The notes beneath the pieces are model-generated. The model did no database searches. It saw only the letters and a program-made list of their open reading frames with translations, and was not told the DNA's origin. Shown in pieces: positions 34,364 through 49,606 of a DNA stretch of 64,000 bases. Position numbers and translations under genes: made by a program. Origin of the DNA: the human T2T-CHM13v2.0 reference genome, Homo sapiens; the NCBI RefSeq assembly GCF_009914755.1, contig NC_060925.1. One strand, written 5' to 3'. Each line of letters begins with the position of its first letter. Position 1 is the stretch's first letter.

Positions 34364-34586
34364 CTGAGGGGAAGAGGGTGAGGTGTTGAGAGAGCATAGC
34401 CAGATTCTGGTGTGTGTGAACATGTTAACTCGTGAACGGTGGGGGCAATTGCTTTATTAATGTTAAGCAGCAGTTGGCTCAGCAGCAGCCATTGTGAGCA
34501 ATGGTCCCTGTCGTCTTCCTGGGAATGTTATTCCTCAAGCTGCTGGGTGTGCTGAATTGGCCTTTCATTTGAAGCTTTTATTTATC

Positions 34587-34892
<306 letters not shown>

Positions 34893-35227
34893 TCATTTGC
34901 AGCCTTTAAAACCAAATTAGCTTAGAAAAAAATGTGAGCTCACATGGTTCATTTGAGCTTACCAAAGGACTCAGGCTCTGCTTTTGAATCTGGGGTCCAT
35001 GCCCAGCTAATATTGAAATGCCTTCCTTTGCCTTTGTTTCTTGTCTGTATCTCTTTTTCAGAACATCACAAGGAGTGGTGAGTGTGGTCTAGGGTGGGAG
35101 TCCATAATCACTGCATTTTCTTGTGATACCATCACCTGAGTTTTTAAAATCACCTGCTTTTTTTGCACTGAACAATATAAAATAAACATTTTCCTAAATC
35201 AGTGAATTGTATTCTACATGAGTGATT

Positions 35228-35445
35228 CTTTTTATTTTCTTTTTAGAGACAGGTTCTCATTCTGTCACCCAGGCTGGAGTGCAGTACCACAATCATAGCT
35301 CTCACTGTAACCTCAAACTCTTGGGCTCAACTGATCCTCCCACATTAACCTTCTGAGTATCTGGGACTACAGGCATGCACCACCACACCCAGCTAATTTT
35401 TTTTTTTTTTTGGTAGAGGCAGAGTCTCACTATGTTGCCCAGGTT
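35228..35445 (-). mobile_element. 5'-truncated AluJ
   Basis: Flanked by tacatgagtgatt and tacatgaatgatt. Confidence 0.85.
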
Positions 35446-36272
35446 CATACATGAATGATTTGTAATGACTGTATCTTTCCCTATCTCTCTCTCTCTGAGT
35501 ATACACTTTAAATTTATAATACCTAATCTCTTACTATTTTTACATTTAGATTATTTCTAATTTCCCTGTTATAACATATCAAGCAATATCTTCATGCACA
35601 TATCTTTGCATAATTCCCAGAAGTAGGATTGCTGGGTCCTAGGTTGTTGTATTCCTTGGGAACCTTTGGATGTAAATAAATCAATTCAGGCTAGAATAAG
35701 CAAAAAAGCCTCTCAGAGAAGAGAGAACCCAAGGGTGGGTTTGCAGCCAGACTTCACAAAGGTAGAGGACGAGGAACTGAAGGGCCATCAGAAACCAAGG
35801 AAATTTTTCCACTTCTCAATCATTCTCTTTCTGCACATAGGATTGTTCTACTTTTTGGTCCACATGGAAAGTAGAAGAGCAGCAATCCATTGCACTTGGA
35901 TTTTTATCTTTTCAGGAGATGGGTCCAGGCAAAAGTAGAATCTCTTGGGTCCTATTTCAACTTCCCAAGAGAGAACATCTGATTGCCCCTGCTGCAGTCA
36001 GCTCAGGTGTCCACCTCTGGTCCAAGCTTCTGTGGCTGGGGGGCAGATGTGTGCGTGGAGGGGTGTCACAATGTACAAACAGCTGCCAAGTGCCCTGAGG
36101 AGCAGTTAAAGAGAACATTATGAGTGGCACAGGCACCACAAAGTGATTGGAATGTGTAGCTAATCATATTGTGTTAAGGTTTTGGATCTGCAATTCTCAA
36201 ACTACCTATCACTAAGTGGGCATCTTTCTGCAACCTTCCTAATTGGATAATCACTTTAAAAATTATCATGAC

Positions 36273-36795
<523 letters not shown>

Positions 36796-36944
36796 TCTGC
36801 ATTTTTCTTTGATTGTTACTGTTGTTGTTTATGTTTGCCCAATATAATCTCTGGCCACCCTTTTATCTTTAAACTGTGTCACATTGTCTTAGTTATGTTC
36901 CTGGTATAGAAAATATAGTTGAATGTTATTTAGGTTAATCTAAA

Positions 36945-37290
36945 TATATTAGTCCATTTTCATGCTGCTGATAAAAACAAACCTGAGACTGGGCAATTTA
37001 CAAAAGAAAGAGGTTTATTGGACTTACAATTCCACGTGGCTGGGGAGGCCTCATAATCATGGTGGAAGTTGAAAGGCATGTCTCACATGGTGGCAGACAA
37101 GACAAGACAGAGCTTGTGCAGGGAAACTCCCATTTTTTAAAACCATCAGATCTTGTGAGACTTACTGACTATCATGAGACTAGCACAGGAAAGACCCACC
37201 CCCATAATTCAGGTTCTTCCCACAACATGGGAATTGTGGGAGTTACAATTCAAGATGAGATTTGGGTGGAGATACAGCCAAACCAGATCA
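36945..37290 (-). mobile_element. THE1A-like MaLR solo LTR (sense to CSMD2)
   Basis: Reverse complement of THE1: tattagtccattttcatgctgctgataaa...caagatgagatttgggtgg...cagccaaaccagatca. Confidence 0.88.
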
Positions 37291-38459
37291 TTAAGAGTCT
37301 TTGTTTTTTAACAGGAAATTGAATTTTAGTAAATTTGCATTTTTCATTACAATTGAATGATTTTATTCTACTGCTGTATCTTATTTTGTGCTTGCTGTAT
37401 CTTTGTCCCTACATAGTTTCCTTTGTTCTCTGCCTTTTATATTTGAATTATGTTTTACATGTTTTTTCTTTTAGTGATTTAGAAGTACTATACTTTATTT
37501 TAAATATATTAGTGACTAAAGTATATGTTCAAAATCCTTATTTCTCTAGTGATCAAAGTCAACAATTGGATAATATATATTGATTCCACCGTCACAAAAG
37601 ATAAGGACATTCTCTTATCCCTTTTCCACCTTCTTGCACATTTATTAATATAAAATAATTATTTGTAGTCTTTTAAGAATTATTGTATTTGCACTGCTTT
37701 GAATCCATATGTTCCATTATTATTTAGCTTTAAGTCTGTGCTTAACTAGTATCAACACTCCATTTTTATCTTTTCTTTCATACATCTTCTCTATTTTGAG
37801 TTACTGGTTCATCTGGAGTTCATCCGGAGTTACAGCCACCTGGAGTTACAGCCCCGCTTGAGATAGAGTGGCAATAATTGTAAATTCTTGAATCCCTGCA
37901 AATAACAATTTCTTGCATTCACACATGAAGCCCCTAACTTTTTCTCCTCCTTAAACATCACCTCCTTCATTTTCTGTAATCTAACGTCAAAAATTAGCCT
38001 GAGAATTGTCTGATTTTGGTTCATTTAAGGTAACTTTCTCAGCCTGGATTCTTGTAGATTTCCCCTACTCCTCACCCTTACAAGTTGAAAAAATTGCCAG
38101 CCTCTTTTTTATTTCTCTTGGTATCCAGAGAGCTCCTTTATATACACAGGTTTTCTTTCATCTCAGAAAAGTTTTATCATTTCCATTTGGTTCCTTTCTT
38201 CCTGAATGCTTGTTATCAGTGTCTTGGCTCTTTGTCCACTGGGTCTCCTTATTTCTTATCTTCTATCTTCTCTCTACCATTTTCACGCCTCTGCCCTTCT
38301 CCCTATTTGGGTTGAGATTTTCAGGTTTGTCCTCCTCATCTTTGCATTGTTTTTCTACAGTGTTGCTTCTGCTCTCGCTGATTCTTGTGATGATGAAAAT
38401 TACGCTATTTTGTTTCTTTTCAGTCTTGCTATTTTTTAGTATCTAGCTTCCCTTGGAAA

Positions 38460-40050
38460 TAAAAGTTTTAATTTGGAGCAGCCACAAAGGTATAGGAGAA
38501 GTTGGAAGTATAGTACAAAAATCTTTTTCCATGAACCGTTTGCAAGTAAGTCGCCAACATGTTGCCCTGTAACCCCAGAATATCTTAGTGTATTTCCTAC
38601 AAACTAGCACATTCTCTCACATAACCACAAAACAACCATCAACATTGGGAAATTAACACTGACACATTACTGCCATCGAATCTTCACATCTCATTCAAGT
38701 TTCACCTGTTTTTCCGATAAATTCCTTGATAATTTATTGATCCAGTTCAGAATCACATGTTGCATTTCATTGTCATGTCTCTTTGGTCTCCTTTAGTCTG
38801 GAATGGTTCCAGTGTCTTTACTTGACCTTCAGAACTTTTATATTTTTGAAGACTGCCTGCCAGGGAGTTGACAGTCCGTCCCTCAAGTTAGGTTTGCCTG
38901 GTGTTTCCTCCTGATTATGTTCAGCTTGTCTTCTGCAACTGGATAATCATGGAAGTGATGCTGGCTTCTTCTCACTGCATCCTCTCACCTGGAGTATGAT
39001 TTCAATTTGTCCCATTATTGATGAGGTGGGCGTGTCTTCCAGTCTTCTCCACTTCTTTTTCCCTTTGTTATTATTGTGTGTGGAGTGGGGTGGGGGAAGG
39101 GGTAGTTTGAAGTTATGTAAATATCCCCTTCCTTATAAAAACTTGTAATTATTTAATGTCTGCGTGGATATACATAGTGTTCTGTTTGATTCAATAGGTC
39201 ACCACCATTTGTTACTATTTTAAACAACTTTGATTCTCAAATTATCCCCAATATGGTCAATGAGAACCCCTCCAAGCCAGATTCTATGTCCCTTTGACAT
39301 GTCTCCATCATGCCTTGGGCATTTCCTTAGTTTCTGCCATAAGATATTCCTGGCTTGTCTTCTACTTTCTCTGCCCCAGGCTTGGGATTAGCCATTTCTT
39401 CAAGGAGCCCTGGTCCATTTTAGTGGAAAATGTTATTTAGGAACCAATATCTGGTGCTAGATGTGCTCATTACTATTGAAGAATCACTGCTCTGAAGCCT
39501 TCTCAGTAGAAAGAGCTAAGAAATGTATGTGCAAACACACATGTACTCAAACATGCCCCACTCACACACTATTTTCTTCCATATCTCTACATATTGAAAA
39601 CCATAAGCTCACACTGATACATCCAATTCAAATTTAACACCATTGGGTATATTATAATTTTTGCTCTATCCATAGTTCTAACCCTCTTCTCTGACAGTGA
39701 GACACCTGCCTTCTATTGTCCTTGACGTATTAACGTATTCGATCACTCACCCATCTGGAACCAAGGTTTCATTTCTGCTGACCCCTCCCTCCTCACCCTA
39801 CTTGGGCTCTGACTTCCTTTCCTGGGCTGATCCTTCTCTGTGTGGCTGTCCGCCTTCCTCTGCTTGGGCTCCAATACCCTACATGGGTGTCTGCTCATCC
39901 TGCGCAGAGCTCTGACACCCTGTGCCAGCTCCATCCCTGTACAGATACCTAAGCTCCAGCTGCCCATGCCAGGCAGCCCATCAGTGTGGCTCCCCCTGAC
40001 ACCCCGGCCTGGGCTACAATGGTTCACACTCCCTCTTGCCTGACAGGTAT
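38460..40050 (-). mobile_element. L1MC-like 3' region
   Basis: ttagtgtatttcctacaaactagcacattctctcacataaccac...tccagttcagaatcacatgttgcattt...gccatttcttcaaggagccctgg; internal gggctctgac repeats. Confidence 0.65.
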
Positions 40051-40056
40051 GGATGC

Positions 40057-40435
40057 TGTATTAGTCTGTTCTCACACTGCTAATAAAAACATACCTGAGA
40101 TTGGGTATTTTATAAAGGAAAGAGGTTTAGTTGACTCACAGTTCAGCATGGCTGGGGAGGCCTTAGGAAATTTACAATCATGGGAGAAGGGGAAGCAAAC
40201 ACGTCTTTCTTCACATGGCAGCAAGAAGGAGAAGAATGAGAGCCCAGTGAAGAGGGAAGCCCCTTATAAAACCACCAGATCTCGTGAGAACTAACTCACT
40301 ATCATGAGAACAGGATGGAGGAAACTGGCCCCCATGATTCAATTATCTCCACCTGGTCCCTCCCATGACATATGGGGATTATGGGAACTACAATTCAAGA
40401 TGAGATTTGGGTGGGGACACAGCCAAACCATATCA
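40057..40435 (-). mobile_element. THE1C/D-like MaLR solo LTR (sense to CSMD2)
   Basis: tgtattagtctgttctcacactgctaataaa...gggtggggacacagccaaaccatatca; TSD GATGC/GATGT. Confidence 0.9.
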
Positions 40436-41129
40436 GATGTCTTTGCTTTGTCCCATCTCACAGCTTTAGGACTGAATTATTCAAGTGGGGAAGGGAAGAG
40501 ATTTAGCTTTCGTTTTATTTATCTCTTGGCCAGATCTTTCTTTTCATTTGTGTGCTGTCTGAACATTTCACCTGTTATTTGGAGTCCATGTTATCTAGAC
40601 TTATATTAGAAGAAGATGCTTCCCAAAATTTATTTCTATTACTTCTAGTTCCTAAACCATGTTTTTTTTTCAAGGGCATTTTTCTCTGTAATTCAAACTT
40701 CATGTTCTAACTTTTAATGTTATAAAATCTTTCACAGGTCTCCTTAAGGTATTTTTCCTTTTTCTTATTGATCCTCATATGAAAAGAAAGTTCCTTAGGG
40801 CTGCTTGCCTGGAGAAAGGCAAAAATTCTTTCCCCCACTCCCTTCCACTGTCCACTTTTTGCAAGTCTAGCTCCTTTTTTTTTCTTTAGTTCTTATCTTG
40901 AATATCCTCTCTTAGGTTTTCCACAATTACTTTGCATGGAATTCTACAACTTTTTGTTTGCTATCTTATCCTTTTATGTCTTTCGAAGCATTTGTTACAA
41001 TTTGCAAAAATTTTGTCCTCTTGGTTACTCATTATCTCTTTCTCCTTGGAGCAGGAAAGCTGTCTGGGGAGCAGACATTTCACAGAGCAGGAAGCATGAA
41101 CACTCAGTAACACAGGAAAGGATGCTCTG

Positions 41130-41870
41130 CCTCATCACAAGCATACAAGTGAAATGCCATCTCATGCACCTACCAGACTGGTAGAAATGTAAAGTCTGCT
41201 AAAACCCAGTGTTTGCAAGGATGTACAGCAAAAGGAACTCTACTTCAGTTGCTGGGAAGAGTGTAAATGGTTATAACTGCTTCTAAGATAAATTGAGCAT
41301 TACCTAGTGAAACTAAATATGTGGATATTTACAACCTCACAACTCCACACAGACATGTACTCAAGAGAAACCCTTGTACATGTTCACAATAAGGAATAAG
41401 CAACAATGTTCTTATTGCTTGAAATGAAACAACTTAAGTGTTAACAGTAGACTAAATAAATTGCTATATTTTCATGCAATGAAATCATACAGCATTGAAA
41501 AATGAGTTAAGTGCAGTCACATGCATCAACATGAATTTCAAAAACTTAATTTTGAGTGAGAAGAGCAGGTCACAGAAGAACATTTATAGAATGATTGTCT
41601 TTACATAACAGAAATAACATGCAAAATTAAACAACATATTTTTGGAGACTCACATATGGAGTAAAATAAAAAGAAAAGCAATGAATATTAACCAAAAGTA
41701 CAGGATCATGGTAGGGTAGGGGAATGTGCTGAGGAAGGAACAGAGCTTCAAAGGCTTAGGTGTTCTTTTTCTTAGGCTCAATGATGGTGTTCATTTTATT
41801 ACTCTTTAAACTGCACATACATGTTACATACATTTTTATATGTAGGATATATTCCACAACTTACCAAAAG
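41130..41870 (+). mobile_element. L1ME-like 3' fragment
   Basis: gtgtttgcaaggatgtacagcaaaaggaactc...gtgtaaatggt...catgcaatgaaatcatacagc...caggtcacagaagaa. Confidence 0.65.
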
Positions 41871-42043
41871 TTCTATGAGGCATGGAATGTGCCTCTCTTG
41901 CTCACTCATCCCCTAGTCCAGTGCCTCTCCCACTTGAGCCTGCCGATCTGGGCACAGCAGTTCCTCCTCTCTTGCCCCAGACCCTTGCCTGCTCCTGTGG
42001 TCAGTGAAGCCTTGGGCTCTGGTCTGAGCTGGGACTGAATGGC

Positions 42044-42735
<692 letters not shown>

Positions 42736-44263
42736 AGGGCCTTGTGTCTCATCTGAGAGGCAGAAGGAGCATTGTGCCCTTAGGCAAGCACTCTCAATGA
42801 AAGACCTTGCTGAGAAGAACTTGGAAATAAGGATGGCCTGGGGCTGTGCTGAGCCTCCTTTGCCTGGTTCTGGTACAGGTGAAGGCTCAGGAACAGGAAC
42901 AAGAGACCTGGCCTACCACCAAGGTAACTTTACACCAAGCCTGTCAATATCTAGATATAATAAAAATAATCATGACAATGATGACTATTAGAACTATAAT
43001 TTATTGATCACCTTTTATACTCTGTGCCTGGAGCTAAGGATTTCCAAGCATTGTTTCATTTAACTTTAGGAGGTTAGGTACTTATATGATTCCTATTTTG
43101 TGCATAATAACATTGAGGCTCAGAAGGGTGAAATGACAGACAAAGTTACATAGCTTGCATGTGTCAGAGCCAAGGTTTGAACCCGTCTGTGACTCTGAAG
43201 TCCATACTCTTATCACTCTATGGGAAAGTCACAAGTCAAAATGACAGAGCCTTAAAGCCTGGATTTCATTAGTGGAGCGACAGGTGTGCCCAATGAGAGG
43301 GGCATGGGAACTGAGCAGATGGAGAGGGCGGAGTCTCATTCCCACATTGCACTCACCCTGGACGATAGCTCCTGGGAATGGCAGTCACAGCTGCTTAGGT
43401 TCTTTACATCCTTGTTTCTCTCTGTTGCTTTCTGTTTCTTTCACTACCTCTTTCACAGTCTTAGTGTGTTTCTGCAAGTGCACGCATGATGTAATAACAC
43501 TGTATAGTCACACCAGAGCAGATACTGTAGCAGATACTGCAGCAGATACTGCGGAGGCTGGGTTCTGTTTCCAGTTCTATCCACATGGTTTTGGGCAAGT
43601 ACTTGAGCCTTCCTTTGCCCTATTTCTTCATTTGTAAAGTGGGGGTTAGAATATTTGCCTTACTACCTCACAGAATTCTTACAGGTCACAAACTCCAAGC
43701 CGGTAATTCTACAGGTGAAGAAACTGAAGTCTCAAGTGGGGAAGGGACCTGTGCAAGGTTTTACACAGCTGGCCCAAGGTGGAGCTGGGAGTAAAATCCA
43801 GCTTTCCTGATTTCTGGTTAAAATATCTGCAGTGATCTGTAAATTGCAAATATGTGCATCATTCCATAGATAGGCACAAGTCCACAGAGAACATTCTATA
43901 AGTTTCTCTAGGCAATTCCACTATAATAAAAATGAGGAAATATCCAGATCCCTAACTTGGGACTTGTAGAAGAAAACAGGCTGCCAATAAAGGCATACCT
44001 ACTCTGAATTGTTCATACTCTTCCTACTCAAAAATCACAATATCTTCATTTGTGCACAAAAACACAGTGCTCCTTGAGAGGTCAGCAGAAGCCCTAGATC
44101 CCTTTGGAGAAGGAGAACCCGCTAGAAAGTGCTAAGGGATAAGCTGGGGCACAGGTATAGGGATGATCCAGCCAGTGAGTTGATGTGAATGAGTGGACTT
44201 GGCACCAAGGTTTGGGCTTCTGTGCCTCTCTGCCCTGGCAGTGTGGAATAGGAGGAAAACTTG

Positions 44264-44635
<372 letters not shown>

Positions 44636-45354
44636 TCACTAGTCACCATGGCTGCCTGCTCCACTTGGTGCCATCAGTGGCCTTAAGACAGACCTGGAGT
44701 GGGAGGCTATGATTCTTTTTGTACCAACACTTCCCCACACCATGCCCTAAATACCTCTCCCAACCGTTCCCAACTTGGTCTCCCAACATAGTTGATAGAA
44801 TTGGTGAAGCTCACACTGATTCCTCATCCACCTGATTCTTCACCAGCCCAATGGGCTCCTGGGCAAATTCAGGCTCCATGGAGCAGGGGTGTGGGTCTTA
44901 CCACAGGTCCTCTCAGTCTGGGGCAGCACTAGGACAGGGCTGAGGAGCTGGTGTGAAAACCTGCTGCTATGCATATCGGCTCCATGCTCCATTGCCTTGT
45001 CTTCCAAGCAAAGAGTATACCCACAATGCCTTTTGGGACAAAAGATTTCTTCCCTGAAACCTTATCTAACCCCTCCTGTCTGTTCCTAGCCATTGCTTGG
45101 AAATCATGCTGGAAATTAACCCAGGGCAGTCTGGTTACAGTTATCCAAGCCCTGGGAATTTTGGAAGAGAATTCCCCTAACCCCGATGATTCTCAGAATG
45201 GCAGTAACCACCAAACAAAGGAATTTTAAAATTATTTGCTCTTCCAAAGATCCAGTGGTTTGGGAAGAAACTGTCCAGGAAACTGCACATATCAAATGCT
45301 AATTTGTATTCCCAATGTAAAATTAACTCTTGTTGTATATAACTACATAACTCA

Positions 45355-45548
45355 GAGCTGAGCTGTCCAATTCAGCCACTGCCAGCCACACATGGCTATT
45401 TACATTTAAATTATCAAGATTAAATAACATTTAAAAATCAGACCCTCAGTCATATCCAAGTACTCTGTAGCCAGTGGCTACCATATTGGGCAGCATAGAC
45501 ATAGAACAGTTCCATCACTGCAGAAAGTTCTGCTGGAAAGTGCTGGCT
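45355..45548. mobile_element. MER3/MER33-like hAT DNA transposon remnant
   Basis: ccagccacacatggctatttacatttaaatt...tggctaccatattgggcagca...ttccatcactgcagaaagttctgctgga. Confidence 0.65.
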
Positions 45549-45963
45549 CAGCACCAGATGACCAACGGGACATCACAAAATTCCACCTCAAATCTCTTCC
45601 ATTAGTCTGGGTGGCTTAGCCCAGGTACATGTAGAATGTTGGTTTGAACTCTGGAAATACCGAGGAAAGTCTGTGTACCCACACCTACTCCCATTAACAC
45701 ACCCACTGGTACTTTCCCTGGCCCTGGCAGGGTTGCAGGCTGGGAGCCACTGCCCTCCCATTCCTCTCCCTTTAAGGAGCCATAATGGCCAGTTGGAGCT
45801 GAGCCCCATTCCACTATGTTTATTTGAAACCCAGGAGGCTGACAGCCTTTAAAAACCATTCACCTCTTGGTTTTTCTAAACCAATAGGTAACTGACTGGT
45901 AACCCAGTGTAGAACCCCAGTAATGCTCCTTTCTAATTGGCTGTTGACATGGCACCTGGCCTA

Positions 45964-46197
<234 letters not shown>

Positions 46198-48698
46198 TCA
46201 GATGCCTTCCTGAGGAAATCCCAGCTCCCAGAACTAATCATCCTGTCAGGGAGGTTGGGTGGGATGCGGAAGGGGAGGCCAAGCTGAGGATGGCTGCACC
46301 TGGGTCTACCCACCAGTCCCCACACAGAACACCCTGGCTGGCTCTCAATCATCACTGCAGGCCCCTCTGTGGGTCTGCCTCAGCCTCCCTCTTTCTCTTT
46401 CTTATGAAGAGAACTGCCAAGAAGAAAGGATGCCCTGAAGCTGTCCCCTCTCCCTTCCCAGGAATGGGAGGGAGCAGACGTTAGGGTCAGAGCTGCAGTG
46501 CTTTTGCTGGGAAGAGCTAAGAAATTAGGAAAGTCTTTCTTTCTTCCTCTTTGATCTGCTCTTTCTAGAGTGGTACTTGTGGTCTAGACTTCGAGTTGAG
46601 GGTTCCTGGGGTGAGGCTAAGGTTGGGTTCAAATCATAGCTGAACGATGTATTGAGCAGATAGTCTTAGATAAGTAGTTTAGCCTCCCTGAGTCTCCATT
46701 TCCTCACCTGTAAAATGGGACTAAGAATACCTCCCCCATAGGATTGTGGTGGTGATGAGGTGAAACGATGCAGGCAAAATGTTCAGCCCAGGCCCTGGAA
46801 GAGGACGCATTTGCTATGTAGATAAGATCCTCTCTCCTTATCTTCCTGTTCCCCAAAAGCAATACTCAATTTTAGTCTCACTGATTTAGGCCTCAGGCAG
46901 GAGGATGAAAAGACTTTGACATCTTCATGGTATTCAGAATCAGTCACCATGGAGGAAAATAGATGGGGATGGTGGACAAAAATCCCCAAACACCATGGTC
47001 CAGAATAATGAGTGTTGTAGCTGACATGGGGCATCAAGCAGACATCTGGTTGGGGCAGACCAGACTGAGGAGAGAGAATCCCAACAGATTCCAAGCAGAG
47101 GCCAGGGGTCCTGTGAATGCACGTACATCCTGAAAGTGGTGCACAGGTACACGCCATCCCTGCTACATAAGCTGAATATCTCCTGGGTGCCAGCCATGGC
47201 CTGGGAGACAGTGGGGAACAAGGTACTCTAGTTCTGTCCCAGGCACACACACCACTGGGACACAGCCAAACACACCAGCATCTGTAGCACAGGCTGGACC
47301 ATGTCATCATCATGAATGCCACGGGGGTGTTTGGGGGAGCCCTGCATCTGGTTTTGTGAGAGTAAGAAAGGACTCCTTCTAGAATTCATATTTATACTCA
47401 GACCTAAGGGATGACTAGGGTTAAGTAGGCAAGGTAAGAGAGAGGAATGCTGTATGGGAAAGGAACAACATATGCTAAGACCCAGAGGCAAGAAAACATG
47501 GCACATTGGAAAACAAAGTATTTCAGCTTAGGCTGGAACATAAAATCTGCAAGACTGGAGAATATGGGAGGTCAGCAGGGACTAGGCCCTAACCTAAGGG
47601 TCATGTGTGCTATATTAAGGGGCTTAAAATTTGCCATTAGGGACATGGGAGAAAGCAAGAGAGTATGGTGTCAGAGAAGCCAAGGGAAGAAGGCTTCTGA
47701 GGAGGAAGAACAGCTTCTGGCTCAAGCTAGCAGACTGAGAAAGCGCTGCTCTTTTCTCTCTCCTGTGATGCCACAAAAAGACAAACAAGGTGTGAGAATG
47801 GAAGAAAGCCCAGGATGAGGCTTGTTGCACAGCACGTGATGGGCCAACAATTGCGGAATGACCAACTGGTTACGCAGAGCAGAGCTCTGAAAATCTGAAA
47901 AACTAACTGAGGCTATAATAGTTTTAGAAATCATGGTTTTACATTCCAACACCAGAACGGCTCAGTTTCGCAAACAAGGTCCTCTTTCCATCGAGAGTTA
48001 AACTGAGAGTTTGAGTCTGAGAGTGAGCCATCTGTGAAGTCCTCCAGCTCTTGTGAAATAAAGATGAGAAGTCCCACTTTACTGAGGAAGAACCTGAAGC
48101 TTAGAGAGGCAAAGGGGTTTGAGTTGGAGCCTGGGGTGATCTGATCCTAGAGCTGGGGCACTCTTTCCTGGATTACTGCCCTTGCTAAGGCTTCCTTTTT
48201 CAAGACAAATTTCTGCCACTCCTCCAGGAAAATGATGGGATGCCAGAATGAAGAGGGAAGGCAAATGGAACTGAAGTGTGCAGATGAGGGTGGAGGCAGC
48301 ACAAGCTCTTGGTCACCTTCCTTCCTGGTTCTGGGTAAGGAAGAAGACCCAAGAAAGTGCCACCTCCGGCTCCCTGATAGATCAACTCAGGTCTCTCCAG
48401 CCCTGTGTAGAAGGAGAGTATAATGGAGCAGGGAGGGGGAAGATGAAGAGGGGAGCAAGAGAGTTCTTATAAAGAGGCTTCATGCTCTTCTCCCTTTGGG
48501 CAGGTGCCTGGATTAACTCTACCTCTCTAGCTCTCAGCATACCACTGGGCTCCCACTCCCTCACATGGAGCCTTCCCTTCCAATGGGAGTCCTCCAGTCT
48601 GTCAGGGTGGATCTTCCCAAGGGCTGGGTGTGTCTTCCTCTTGGCTGTGGCCCACATCTCCTCCAGGTCCTCCCTAGTGCTGGCCCGGAGCCCTGTCA

Positions 48699-49094
<396 letters not shown>

Positions 49095-49447
49095 TTATTC
49101 TCTCTGACCAGAAAATAGGAGCGGCAGAAAGCATAGTGGTGAAGCCTCAAGATTTGGACTCAGATGGACCTTTGTCATGTACAAGTCATTGGCTTTGGGT
49201 AAGTAATTTAACTTGTGTACGCCTCAGTTTTCCTGTGTATAGAATGATTATTTTGAGGACTAAGTAGGATAACACATACATAGCTCTTTCCACAGTACTG
49301 GCACATGGTGAAAGCTCAGTAAATAGTATCTATTATTAGTAATTCCGTAGGAAAAGGAGGCTCAAGGAAGACATTGCTCAATTGAACCTCTATTCACTGA
49401 GTGCCACTGGGGGCCAGGCACCAGCCTAACTCCTTTCATGTTGCTTA

Positions 49448-49606
<159 letters not shown>

